From: an uncultured Anaerolineae bacterium
GTDB lineage: Bacteria > Chloroflexota > Anaerolineae > JAADDB01
Assembly: GCA_964413905.1 (NCBI GenBank)
Contig: CAYPUG010000001.1
Location: forward strand, 6,962-70,961
Length of the DNA: 64,000 nt
Reading direction: 5' to 3'
The position numbers were made by a program, and so were the translations under genes. Positions 54,935-64,000 of this stretch are shown here, piece after piece. The notes below the pieces were generated by a model. It saw nothing but the letters and a program-made list of their open reading frames with translations. It was not told where the DNA came from and searched no databases. The first letter of the stretch is position 1, and each line of letters begins with the position of its first letter.

Positions 54935-57900
54935 TTAGCAGGATCCGTTCTCCCGACACGCCTTTAGCGCGTTAAACGCGGGGAGCGGACTCCAATCCGG
55001 GGCCACAATACCCCATTGCGCTTGCTCGGATCCGGGGGCTACAACGCGGAAATTCAAATTCCAGAGGAAGGCCACTCCGACCCACCCCCACTGTTTCATC
55101 ATCTGATAGGCCCGCACGGTGAACTGGGCCTGCTCTTCCAGCGTGTTATCGGCCGCGTACTCGTAACCGGGTACCGGGTTAGGGTTCGATGCCCAACCAA
55201 ACTCCGTCGGCCAGATACGCTTCCCTGCATCGCCATACCGCACCATGATGGTCCGATACCCCTCCATCGTCTGCCGGAAGGACCACGAGTGATGTGGGTT
55301 CTCGCACGGGCCGCGGAACGTCTGCACGTTAGGATGGCACCCGGTGGCATCAGGCGGCACGTTGTAACCGCTGGGATGTGCACCGATGGCGTCGGAGTAC
55401 TGCTTGAGCCCATGTTGGTACATGCCTTCCAGGTATGCGAAGTCGTCCATGGCCAACGGCGGCGGCGCACCGGTCGGTGTGAGCGCACCGCTGATAACGA
55501 TCATACTGGGACACGCCCGCTTGATAGAGGTATACGCGGCCTTAAGCAACTGCATGTATCGGGCCGGATCAATGGGCTCATGGCCCCACTCATACCACAA
55601 GTTCTGCTCATTCCACACTTCGATGGCCTTCAAGCTACGACCACAATATCGCTGAGCTACCGCCCCCACGAAATCCGCGTAATCCTGCGGGTTCTGGGGC
55701 GGACCGTTCACGCTGAAGTCCGTGTTCCCCGGTCGGGCCCAGCGCGGGGCTTTCACAATACTGAACATGACCTTGATGCCCTTCTGATCGCCCGTGTTGA
55801 CGATCATGTCCATCATGCCCCAGTCAATTTGACCCTTATTTGGCTCCATGCGGAACCACTCAATTTGCTGTTTAACCCAATGGAAGTGCATGAGATTGAT
55901 CATGTCCATGACCTTCGCGGTCATGCCCGGGCTGTCCATATGCGCCTGGATGCCGTAATCAAAGAAGCCCGGCGCCCGAGCCGCGACCGGGCGAGGCCGG
56001 GGGGTGGGTTCCGGCGGGATGTTTTTGGCCACCTGAACGTTCTCCACCGGGCCGATTAACTTCACCAGCTTGCCGAACACCCAGCCTAACTTACCTCCGC
56101 CCAGGTCGATCTGCCACCACGTTCCCTGCTTGTTCTTACCCACAATCTTGAACTCTTGTCCCTGAGAGACCTGAGTCACCACCCCGTAATTGGTGCTCGG
56201 CCCCTGGCGCACGTTCATCTTCGTCGCCTGGATACGGGCAATCGCGACCATGGGTGTCGGGGTCATCGTCGGGGTAGGCGTCGCGCTGGGTACCGGGGTC
56301 GGCGTGGGTGTGGCAGTCGCTACGGCCATGTACATCTCACTGGGTTCGCCGATGACATACCCCCCTTGGCGCAATACCGTCTGCAAGCGATAGTTCCCCT
56401 TCTCAGGAGCCTGTACGTGAATCACTTGCGATCCGACCGGGATCTCTCCTTGCTGAACAATGTTGCCCTGGCTGTCCACAATGACCCAAGACACACTATA
56501 ATCGGACGGAGCAACGGAGACCTGCGCTTCACTCTGATACGCGCGTAACACATCCCAAATCGCGGGATCCGCGTCGCCGGAAAGCAGGTGCTGGCTGGTT
56601 ACCCCCGCGATGTTAAACTTGTCGAGGATTTCCAGTTTATGGGCTAAACTGGCCGCATTCTCGATGTACACCGTGCGCTGGTTGCCTTGCTCATCCAGAT
56701 ACGTGTACCAGTATTGGAACAATTCTTCGTCAAACTGAAGCGGGCTGACCGGACGCTGTGTGGTCACGGATACCTGAACATCCTGACCGGGTTGCACGAC
56801 CTGCTCTTTCGCCCCTTGGATTTGGGCCACAATCGGCGCCAAAGCCTCGCTGTACGACCGGAGGAAGTAGTAAGCCCCTGCCACCTCCACACTGCGAGCA
56901 GGCAGGACGACTTCGATCTTATGTCGGTCGATCTCACCGACAGCCCATTGGAGCATTTGCTCGAACGCGCCGCCGTTTCGATAGGCTTCGGGATCCACCG
57001 GCGCGGGAATGCGGACCACGTCCACGGCTCGGCCAATTTTACGCCAATCGTACCCTCCGGTCAGCCAGACGCCCTCGGCAATCTGGCGGGGGAGCCCCAC
57101 GCGCACACTGAGAATCTTCCCTTCCGCGTGAAGTCGGTCGGCCAGCGCCTTGATGAATTCGGTGAACTGGGCCCGCATAAGGGGATCCACATCGCGGTAA
57201 TCGATGTCCACCCCCGCGTAGCCGTTCTTCACCACCAACTCTACAATCGAGTCAATATTGTTCTTTCCCCACTGTTCATTCGCCAGAATATTCCACGTTA
57301 GATCGGTACGCACCACGCCTTCTTTATAATTACGAATGGTGGGCACAATCTGATAGGAAACCCCACTCCCTGGAGCGGGTACGGCCACCTCGCCGTCTAA
57401 GAACCCCTCATCCCCCACATAAATCCCCACAGGATGCACCTCAGCCACTGCAGTGGCACCGGCATCAGGCAGGACCATACCCTCGGGCAGATCGACATCG
57501 GCCACTTTGGGGCCGGGCGTGGTCTGCATAACCATGAAATTGGAGGGAATCCAATCCAATACCGCCTCGATGGTATCATCCGCGGCGACACGATGGTGAG
57601 GCAACCACATCCAGGTATGGGATTCCACATCCCACGTGTACAGGTCAAGCGTCTCATAGGGCATAGCATCGTTCGGGGTAGGAATGCTAATGTACACGGC
57701 TTTGGGCAGGCTGCCCTTCAGATCAAGCATGTAAAAGGGGCTCTTCGGGATCAGACCTTGAGCCTCTACAGCCTTCACGGCCTCGCTCAACGAATCGGGC
57801 ACATGCCCGGCCACGAACTCTTGCATGGGGATGGATGTCAACTTAGCCTTTAAAGGCCCGGTCAACGATGCATCGGGAAACGTCACTTGGGTACCGTCCG

Positions 57901-58081
57901 GATCGCGAACGTCCCCCCGGACGGGGGTGATGTCCACGTAGCCGCGATAGCGAATCCGATCCAGCGCGGAGATAGGCGGCAACAGGATAGCCGCCATCAA
58001 GGCCAGAATAATGAGCACACTGAGCACAATATTCAATGTGCGATTTTGCGAAGGTGACGCCGACATATGCGTACTTGTCAT
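54935..58081 (-). CDS. Large membrane-anchored multidomain glycosidase: an N-terminal TM helix, a GH18-like domain (GVDIDYRD), a bacterial SH3 domain, a PT linker and a C-terminal clan GH-A domain (VWNEQN)
   Basis: Domain-level motif reading. The C-terminal domain is paralogous to 53386-54825. Confidence 0.6.
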   Translation of the reverse strand: MTSTHMSASPSQNRTLNIVLSVLIILALMAAILLPPISALDRIRYRGYVDITPVRGDVRDPDGTQVTFPDASLTGPLKAKLTSIPMQEFVAGHVPDSLSEAVKAVEAQGLIPKSPFYMLDLKGSLPKAVYISIPTPNDAMPYETLDLYTWDVESHTWMWLPHHRVAADDTIEAVLDWIPSNFMVMQTTPGPKVADVDLPEGMVLPDAGATAVAEVHPVGIYVGDEGFLDGEVAVPAPGSGVSYQIVPTIRNYKEGVVRTDLTWNILANEQWGKNNIDSIVELVVKNGYAGVDIDYRDVDPLMRAQFTEFIKALADRLHAEGKILSVRVGLPRQIAEGVWLTGGYDWRKIGRAVDVVRIPAPVDPEAYRNGGAFEQMLQWAVGEIDRHKIEVVLPARSVEVAGAYYFLRSYSEALAPIVAQIQGAKEQVVQPGQDVQVSVTTQRPVSPLQFDEELFQYWYTYLDEQGNQRTVYIENAASLAHKLEILDKFNIAGVTSQHLLSGDADPAIWDVLRAYQSEAQVSVAPSDYSVSWVIVDSQGNIVQQGEIPVGSQVIHVQAPEKGNYRLQTVLRQGGYVIGEPSEMYMAVATATPTPTPVPSATPTPTMTPTPMVAIARIQATKMNVRQGPSTNYGVVTQVSQGQEFKIVGKNKQGTWWQIDLGGGKLGWVFGKLVKLIGPVENVQVAKNIPPEPTPRPRPVAARAPGFFDYGIQAHMDSPGMTAKVMDMINLMHFHWVKQQIEWFRMEPNKGQIDWGMMDMIVNTGDQKGIKVMFSIVKAPRWARPGNTDFSVNGPPQNPQDYADFVGAVAQRYCGRSLKAIEVWNEQNLWYEWGHEPIDPARYMQLLKAAYTSIKRACPSMIVISGALTPTGAPPPLAMDDFAYLEGMYQHGLKQYSDAIGAHPSGYNVPPDATGCHPNVQTFRGPCENPHHSWSFRQTMEGYRTIMVRYGDAGKRIWPTEFGWASNPNPVPGYEYAADNTLEEQAQFTVRAYQMMKQWGWVGVAFLWNLNFRVVAPGSEQAQWGIVAPDWSPLPAFNALKACRENGSC

Positions 58082-58197
58082 GGTGAATACACTCCTCCAG
58101 CACTAAGATGCGGGCGATTGTACCATAGTCCTGTTATCGTTGCAAACGGATTAGCGGAAAGGTGCCCTGCAAATTCGGACGTGCCATCACAATCTTC

Positions 58198-58932
58198 TCA
58201 ACGTAAGCGCCGGGAGGGTAGATGGAAAAGCCAGTGCGCTCGCGGCACCAGAAGAACATTGTGCGGTCGTGCGACATCCTGCGCGTCCAGCACCCCTAAG
58301 TGCCGGAGAACAGGCATGGCTATCTTCGTTACACGGGCCACACGTGGTTGAAAGCGTGGGTGCCACACGGCCATTTCTCTCACCTTTCCTTCCCCCCCGA
58401 ACAGAGTGACCAGCGCATCCGTGAAATAAATGACCGCTTCTGAGGGCGAAGCAAAGGGGGCCAAAGAGTCCAACCGTGGCGCGATCTCATCCGCTTCCAC
58501 CTCCACGGTTCCCAGCCAAGATCCTTCCATTCGATAACCGCGATACCGCAGCCGCTCATCTCTATCCGGTGTAATCCTAAAATCCGCGAAGTCCACCCTC
58601 ATGCCCATAAACCGAGCCAACCGCACAGCCCCCATCACGGTCATCGCGCCATGAAGGTGATACGTAGCATGTTCTCCGGTGTGAGGATGCTTCACATATG
58701 TACACACATGAACCTGATAATACGTGAACCGAGGAGAAGGAAGACGGGCGGCCTTTGCCTCCCGGACGAAACTCATCACTACCGACAAGAATACGTGCTC
58801 ATCATCCACTGTATCCAAGGCAAGGTGAGAAGGAACCAGGGGACGCACGCGGTCCGAGGGTAAAAGGTAAGAAATGTAGAGCACATCGTACAAGATCATC
58901 TCCAGGGACGTCAACCGAGCAGGCAAGTTCAT
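58198..58932 (-). CDS. Hypothetical protein, possibly of the DUF2071 family
   Basis: ORF with only weak family resemblance. Confidence 0.4.
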   Translation of the reverse strand: MNLPARLTSLEMILYDVLYISYLLPSDRVRPLVPSHLALDTVDDEHVFLSVVMSFVREAKAARLPSPRFTYYQVHVCTYVKHPHTGEHATYHLHGAMTVMGAVRLARFMGMRVDFADFRITPDRDERLRYRGYRMEGSWLGTVEVEADEIAPRLDSLAPFASPSEAVIYFTDALVTLFGGEGKVREMAVWHPRFQPRVARVTKIAMPVLRHLGVLDAQDVARPHNVLLVPRAHWLFHLPSRRLR

Positions 58933-58944
58933 TGTTGACTTACC

Positions 58945-60153
58945 TCACCGGGTCACCCCATAGGATTTCAGGATCTTCTCTCGCTTTTCCGCGCCCTCTT
59001 CGATAACCTGCAACAGCCTCTGGGCCTCACCCAGCTGATGCGAACCGATGTGTTCCTGTAACCGCCAAATCGCATCCAACAACTCACCGTACATGGCCAA
59101 TTGCTTCTGCACGGCTTTGAGCACTTCATCCAACGCATCAATGCGCCGGTTTTGCTCCTGCCACTTATAGTCCCATTCCAGTACTTGTTTCTTCCAACGC
59201 TTCTCCTGTTCACTTTCAAACTCACGCATGGCCCGACGAAGGGCTTCTTCGGCCACGCGTTGCGCTTCCCGGATTTCGTGAACATCCTTGTGCAGGCTCT
59301 CCTTCCACCGTTCAATATCCGCAACCGCCCGAACCGCTTTATCGTACTGGACCTCAAAGCGCTCGAACCGCTTCAGAGCGTCTGCCACCTGGGCTTTCAT
59401 TTCCTCAAAGACCTTTTGCCACTCATGCACCTTCTTCTCCCGATCCACCTCGGCTTGACGCACCTCTTCCAGAAACGCGGACTCCTCACGTCGAATGCTC
59501 TCTACCACCTCACGCACATCTCTAACAATGTTATCCTGACGCTGCAATTTCTCCTCAAGCAGCGGTAACTTTCCTGCAAGAGCTTCTAAGCGCCGAAACA
59601 ATTCCACCGTTTCGCCCTGCAATTGTCCGATACGCTTGTGGTCCTGAGAGCGTTGTTCGCTTAACAAGGTGACCGTGCGCAACGCTTCCTCCGAGCGCCG
59701 GTCGATCTCCACCACCTGCTCCCGCAAGCGCATAACCTGCTCACCTAGGCGCCGATCTTCGGCCTTAAAGCCGTCCAGGATTTCCTCCAATGCGGCAATT
59801 CGTTCCAGTTCCTTGCGCAGTTCCGCGATCTCGCGGCCCCACTTTTCCCGTTCCGCAGCCCGCAGCCGTTCCTGATCCCGCTCTCGCGCCAACCGTTCTT
59901 CCTCGCGACGTTCAATCGTGGCTCGCACGTCCTTGCGCAAGTTCTCCAGTGCCTCCTGCAAGGAAGCATACTCGGCCAGTTGGGAACGGGCAGCCGCAAG
60001 TTCACTTTCCAACTGTTGAATGCGTCGGGCCTGATCCTCAATGATGCCGGCCTGGCTGGTCAGGCGCTGTTCCAGTTTACGCATCTCCTGATCGGTCCGG
60101 CGACGTTGTTGATCCAGCCAAGTGACCATTTGCTCCAATTGCGTCAGGTCCAT
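58945..60153 (-). CDS. Highly charged coiled-coil protein (402 aa, Glu/Arg/Lys/Leu/Gln-rich heptads)
   Basis: AAAGGAGGGGG Shine-Dalgarno before MDLTQLEQ. Coiled-coil character throughout. Confidence 0.6.
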   Translation of the reverse strand: MDLTQLEQMVTWLDQQRRRTDQEMRKLEQRLTSQAGIIEDQARRIQQLESELAAARSQLAEYASLQEALENLRKDVRATIERREEERLARERDQERLRAAEREKWGREIAELRKELERIAALEEILDGFKAEDRRLGEQVMRLREQVVEIDRRSEEALRTVTLLSEQRSQDHKRIGQLQGETVELFRRLEALAGKLPLLEEKLQRQDNIVRDVREVVESIRREESAFLEEVRQAEVDREKKVHEWQKVFEEMKAQVADALKRFERFEVQYDKAVRAVADIERWKESLHKDVHEIREAQRVAEEALRRAMREFESEQEKRWKKQVLEWDYKWQEQNRRIDALDEVLKAVQKQLAMYGELLDAIWRLQEHIGSHQLGEAQRLLQVIEEGAEKREKILKSYGVTR

Positions 60154-60499
60154 AAAAACTGCCCCCTCCTTTGAGTGGTCAACCTGATCGACCGATAGCC
60201 CTCCGCATGTGCACTTTGGCTTAAAAGAGCGATGTCGCAATGCCTTCGTCTACCCGTTGAAGTTCGGCCGGTCAATCAGGCATGTTCTTTTTGGTCTATA
60301 CGTGGGAGATATTTTACCATAAGGCGCAAAGAATCATAATCGAACCGGCCCGCACGCCGGGTTTTCCATATGCACAGGTTTGATGGACCGATAACACATC
60401 ATCCGAGATGGAGGAAATGCGTGAGATTTTTACCACTCTCGGTGGCGTAAATCCCGCTCGTATATCTACTAATGAACACGTATTCGCACGGGGGCAAAC

Positions 60500-60973
60500 A
60501 TGAGTGAGGATGTACACATTGAGGGCGTAGAGATTAAACCTCTGATTACCCATCGGGATGCTCGTGGATTCTTCCGGGAAATTATTCGTGTCACCGACGA
60601 TTTCTTCGGCGAAGGATTTGGCCAATGGAGCCACAGCCGCATGTTCGCGGGAGTGGCTAAAGCCTGGCACATTCATTGGAAACAGGTGGATTGGTGGTAC
60701 GTGCCCATCGGCAACGTCAAAGCCGTACTCTGTGACTTGCGCCCGGAATCCCCTACGTACAAGATCATCCAAGAAGTGTACATGGGGGACAATTACGATC
60801 CCATTGTGCTGAAGATCCCGCCCGGAGTCGCCCACGGGGTAAAAGTCCTCAGCGGCGAAGCGCACCTCTTCTACATCACGTCCCGTGTGTACGATCCCGA
60901 AGATGAAGGACGCATTCCTCATGACGATCCGGACATAGGGTACGACTGGACGGCTCTACCACCCATCAAATGA
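60500..60973 (+). CDS. dTDP-4-dehydrorhamnose 3,5-epimerase-like cupin (RmlC family)
   Basis: RmlC-like motifs DARGFFRE and WHIHWKQ. Confidence 0.65.
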   Translation: MSEDVHIEGVEIKPLITHRDARGFFREIIRVTDDFFGEGFGQWSHSRMFAGVAKAWHIHWKQVDWWYVPIGNVKAVLCDLRPESPTYKIIQEVYMGDNYDPIVLKIPPGVAHGVKVLSGEAHLFYITSRVYDPEDEGRIPHDDPDIGYDWTALPPIK

Positions 60974-61006
60974 TCCTGGCAACGCGAACGGGGAGGAGAA
61001 TCACCG

Positions 61007-62317
61007 ATGACCCTGCGAATGGTCGATATCATCGTTAAAAAACGAGACGGGGGAGAGCACACACAAGAGGAGATTAACTTCTTCATCCACGGGTACGTGA
61101 AAGATGAGATCCCCGACTACCAAGCGAGCGCCTGGTGTATGGCCGTGTACTTCCAGGGCATGACACCTCGGGAGACGGCTTGGCTCACCGAAGCCATGGC
61201 CCGATCAGGCGCTATGTTAGACCTGCACGACGTGGCCCCCATTATTGTGGACAAACACTCCAGCGGTGGTGTGGGCGATAAGACCAGTCTAGCCGTGGGA
61301 CCCATTGTCGCGGCCAACGGCTTGCCCGTAGGGAAGATGAGCGGCCGTGGCCTGGCACATACCGGAGGCACCCTCGACAAGTTGGAATCCTTTCGCGGCT
61401 GGCGTGCCGAGCTCTCCTTTGAGGAATTTAAGCGCCAACTGCGTGAAGTGGGCTTGGTTATCGCGGGCGCCACCCATGATCTGGCCCCCGCGGACAAGAA
61501 ACTCTACGCACTGCGGGATGTGACGGGCACGGTGCCCAGCATCCCACTGATCGCCGCGAGCATTATGAGCAAGAAGATCGCCACAGGCTCCGATGCCATC
61601 GTCCTGGATGTGAAGGTAGGCAAGGGCGCGTTTATGAAGACCTTGGAAGATGCCCGTACGTTGGCCCAACGCATGGTGGACATCGGCACTCGTCTGGGAC
61701 GCCGCATGTCCGCGGTGATCAGCGATATGAACCAACCCCTGGGACGAGCCGTGGGAAATGCCTTGGAGGTGAAGGAAGCCATCGCCACTCTGCGCGGGGA
61801 AGGGCCCTCCGACTTCACGGAACTGGTCCACACCGTAGCCGGAGAAATGCTGCGTCTGGGAGGGAAAGCAGATACCCACGAAGCCGCCCGGAAATTGGTC
61901 GATAAAGTCATCGAGGATGGAAGCGCCCTACGTAAGTTCCGCGAGTTCATCGCGGCTCAGGGCGGAGATGTACGTCAAGTAGATAACCCCGACCTGTTGC
62001 CCAAAGCCCGATATGTGTTCTACCTACCTAGCCCCCGTAGCGGATACGTTGCAGAGATTGACGCGCTGGCCGTGGGGGTCACAACAATGATCCTGGGCGG
62101 AGGGCGTGAAAAGAAGGGCGATCCCATTGACCATGCAGTAGGCGTTGTGCTCCGCAAAAAGATAGGAGACCGGGTAGAAGCAGGAGAACCCTTGTGCGAA
62201 ATTCACGCGAACGACGAGGCCAAAGCAGAAGAGGCCCGACAACGGCTCCTCAACGCCTATCGCATCGACGCCACCCCTACTACCCCGCCCCCTTTGATTT
62301 ACGAGATTCTCTCCTAA
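61007..62317 (+). CDS. pdp: Pyrimidine-nucleoside (thymidine) phosphorylase
   Basis: [13 protein letters not shown] phosphate-binding loop plus a glycosyltransferase family 3 core. Confidence 0.9.
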   Translation: MTLRMVDIIVKKRDGGEHTQEEINFFIHGYVKDEIPDYQASAWCMAVYFQGMTPRETAWLTEAMARSGAMLDLHDVAPIIVDKHSSGGVGDKTSLAVGPIVAANGLPVGKMSGRGLAHTGGTLDKLESFRGWRAELSFEEFKRQLREVGLVIAGATHDLAPADKKLYALRDVTGTVPSIPLIAASIMSKKIATGSDAIVLDVKVGKGAFMKTLEDARTLAQRMVDIGTRLGRRMSAVISDMNQPLGRAVGNALEVKEAIATLRGEGPSDFTELVHTVAGEMLRLGGKADTHEAARKLVDKVIEDGSALRKFREFIAAQGGDVRQVDNPDLLPKARYVFYLPSPRSGYVAEIDALAVGVTTMILGGGREKKGDPIDHAVGVVLRKKIGDRVEAGEPLCEIHANDEAKAEEARQRLLNAYRIDATPTTPPPLIYEILS

Positions 62318-62404
62318 CGGATGAGCCTTTACTAAGAGGTGGAAAAACGCCTCCATTCGGCGACATGGAGGTCTCTGACAGAGCCGCCTCTTCTGCACCG
62401 AAGA

Positions 62405-62884
62405 CTAGGTTCTAAAACGCTCCTGCAAGGCGCGGGCCACGTTAGGCGTCACCATTCGGGAAACATCACCGTGGTGACGGGCTACATCCTTGACGATCGT
62501 CGAACTCAAAAACGCGTATTCCACTCGCGCCATAAGACATACCGTCTCCACGTCCGGGGCCAGTTCCCGGTTGGTCAATGCCAACTGTAGTTCCCATTCA
62601 AAATCGGAGATGGCTCGCAACCCTCGCACAATGACGTTAGCGCCCAGACGCCGAACCAAGTCCACGGTTAAGTCCGTATAGGTAATCACCGAAACGTTCG
62701 GCACATCGGCCAGAGCGTCCTCGGCCAAAGCCCGACGTTCCTCAACGCTGAACAATATATTCTTCAGGGGGCGGGCATAAATGGCAAAGTACACGTGATC
62801 AAACAACCGCGAGGCACGGCGAGCAATATCCACATGCCCCATGTGGATCGGATCAAACGACCCTGGGTATACAGCAATGGCCAT
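62405..62884 (-). CDS. coaD: Phosphopantetheine adenylyltransferase
   Basis: YPGSFDPIHMGH nucleotidyltransferase motif; 159 aa. Confidence 0.9.
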   Translation of the reverse strand: MAIAVYPGSFDPIHMGHVDIARRASRLFDHVYFAIYARPLKNILFSVEERRALAEDALADVPNVSVITYTDLTVDLVRRLGANVIVRGLRAISDFEWELQLALTNRELAPDVETVCLMARVEYAFLSSTIVKDVARHHGDVSRMVTPNVARALQERFRT

Positions 62885-62895
62885 TGAACGCTCCT

Positions 62896-64000
62896 TTAGC
62901 TAAAATCCGTTTGTTGTTCCCAAAACACCCGCACCCGTTCGGCCAGAGCCGTGTGCTCGGGTTGGGAGAGGGCCGGATCTTCCTCGTAAATGTGCCGCGC
63001 CACACGACGAGCTAATTCCAACGTTTGGGTATCACTGAGTTTGGCTAAGCGCAACGGGGGCAATCCACTTTGGCGGGTACCGAAGAAATCACCAGGGCCC
63101 CGCAATTCCAAATCTTTCTCGGCCAGCCGAAAGCCATCCTGAATGGTTTCCATGGCCCGCAGACGCTCTACCGCCTCGGGTGTTTCCCCCGGGGAGATGA
63201 GAATACAATACGACTTGTGTTTTCCCCGGCCCACACGACCGCGGAACTGATGCAACTGTGCCAATCCGAAGCGTTCCGCAGATTCTATCATAATCACTGT
63301 CGCGTTGGGAACGTCAATGCCTACTTCCACCACCGAGGTGGAAACAAGGATATCGATCTCGCTCGCGGCAAACGCGCGCATGATTTTGTCCTTCTCGCTG
63401 CCCTTCATGCGCCCGTGAAGAAGACCCAAGCGGAATTTAGGGAAAATGTCCTTCTGAAGACGCTGATACGCGTTGACCGCCGCCTTCTCTTCAGCCTCCT
63501 CGTCGTCCCCCTCCACGCGAGGGTAAATAATGAACGCTTGCCGCCCTTCCTCCACCTGCTTACGAATGAACGCGTAGGCTCGTTCCCGCTCCGTGGGCTT
63601 CAGCCAGCGGGTGAGAATGGGCTGGCGTCCCGGAGGCAGTTCATCGATCACAGAAACGTCTAAGTCGCCGTACACCGTTAGGGCTAATGTACGAGGAATG
63701 GGCGTGGCACTCATCACCAAAAGGTGCGGATGGGATCCCTTACTTCGCAAGGCCGCCCGCTGTTCCACGCCGAAGCGATGTTGCTCATCCACAACCGCAA
63801 AGGCCAAATCCCGAAACGTGACCCCTTGTTGAATAAGCGCGTGGGTGCCTACCACAATGTGGACCCGCCCCGCCGCGATGTCCGCCAAAAGAGCCTCCCG
63901 CTCCTTGCCCCGCACACTGCCGGTCAGTAAAGCAATGCGCAAGGGCGTACCGTCGGGTAACGTCATCTCCTCAAGAAGGGTACTTAAACTACGGAAGTGT
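62896..64000 (-). CDS. recG: ATP-dependent DNA helicase RecG, C-terminal part. The ORF stays open to the window edge, so the N-terminus lies beyond 64000.
   Basis: SF2 helicase motifs [29 protein letters not shown] and the TRG-type C-terminus. No stop between 63967 and 64000 in frame. Confidence 0.75.
   Translation of the reverse strand, partial: HFRSLSTLLEEMTLPDGTPLRIALLTGSVRGKEREALLADIAAGRVHIVVGTHALIQQGVTFRDLAFAVVDEQHRFGVEQRAALRSKGSHPHLLVMSATPIPRTLALTVYGDLDVSVIDELPPGRQPILTRWLKPTERERAYAFIRKQVEEGRQAFIIYPRVEGDDEEAEEKAAVNAYQRLQKDIFPKFRLGLLHGRMKGSEKDKIMRAFAASEIDILVSTSVVEVGIDVPNATVIMIESAERFGLAQLHQFRGRVGRGKHKSYCILISPGETPEAVERLRAMETIQDGFRLAEKDLELRGPGDFFGTRQSGLPPLRLAKLSDTQTLELARRVARHIYEEDPALSQPEHTALAERVRVFWEQQTDFS

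Noticed and set aside
60241-60499. CCGGC-N6-GCCGGG-TTTT hairpin in the coiled-coil/rmlC divergent spacer, considered as a terminator or small RNA
   Set aside because: The stem is only 5-6 bp, there is no upstream co-directional gene to terminate, and the region looks like a decayed copy of the MITE-like element. Left as part of that family at low confidence.
60314-60922. 202-aa minus-strand ORF
   Set aside because: Overlaps the plus-strand RmlC-like cupin gene, which has clear family motifs. The minus-frame product has none.

Overview
This 64 kb window is high-GC (about 60-65%) bacterial chromosomal DNA. Gene architecture is Chloroflexota-like: Pro/Thr-rich linkers, a fused glycoside-hydrolase/O-antigen-ligase membrane protein, lipoproteins and translationally coupled operons. 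It is densely coding, almost entirely housekeeping, and shows no CRISPR array and no rRNA or tRNA genes. Clear operons are zur-znuACB (zinc uptake), sufR-sufCBDSU plus a DUF59 gene (Fe-S cluster assembly), pth-mfd, ftsY-prfB (prfB carries the classic +1 CUU_UGA_C frameshift), an F420 biosynthesis pair (a nitroreductase-CofD fusion plus CofC) and serS. A long minus-strand gene string runs from a Cas4-like nuclease to queA, and there is a polysaccharide deacetylase-lipoprotein-RqcH-FemAB string. Other genes are a MalK-like ABC ATPase, an MscS channel, a GNAT acetyltransferase, an enoyl-CoA hydratase, a GAF histidine kinase, a YprB-like exonuclease, a VWA lipoprotein, a PII-like/CBS protein coupled to an ArsB/NhaD permease, an MBL hydrolase, hisA, tsaC, three paralogous GH clan-A hydrolase-domain proteins, pdp, coaD and a truncated recG. 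The most unusual points are listed here. (1) A membrane-anchored Cas4-like Fe-S PD-(D/E)XK nuclease is split by an in-frame TGA between two TM helices, next to a translin-like gene bracketed by 19-nt repeats. (2) A prolific 105-125 bp MITE-like element with CTGATYGAC-type terminal inverted repeats has at least four recognisable copies and two probable decayed ones. Some copies carry a GC-rich UUC-loop hairpin that shows compensatory base changes, and one copy is flanked by a 9-bp direct repeat. (3) Several gene fusions and couplings lack an obvious precedent: nitroreductase-CofD, CofC overlapping a GH/O-antigen ligase, PII-CBS with a permease, and RqcH with FemAB. No single classical defence island was recognised. 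All coordinates are derived from the supplied ORF track plus codon arithmetic and manual reading; no database searches were run.
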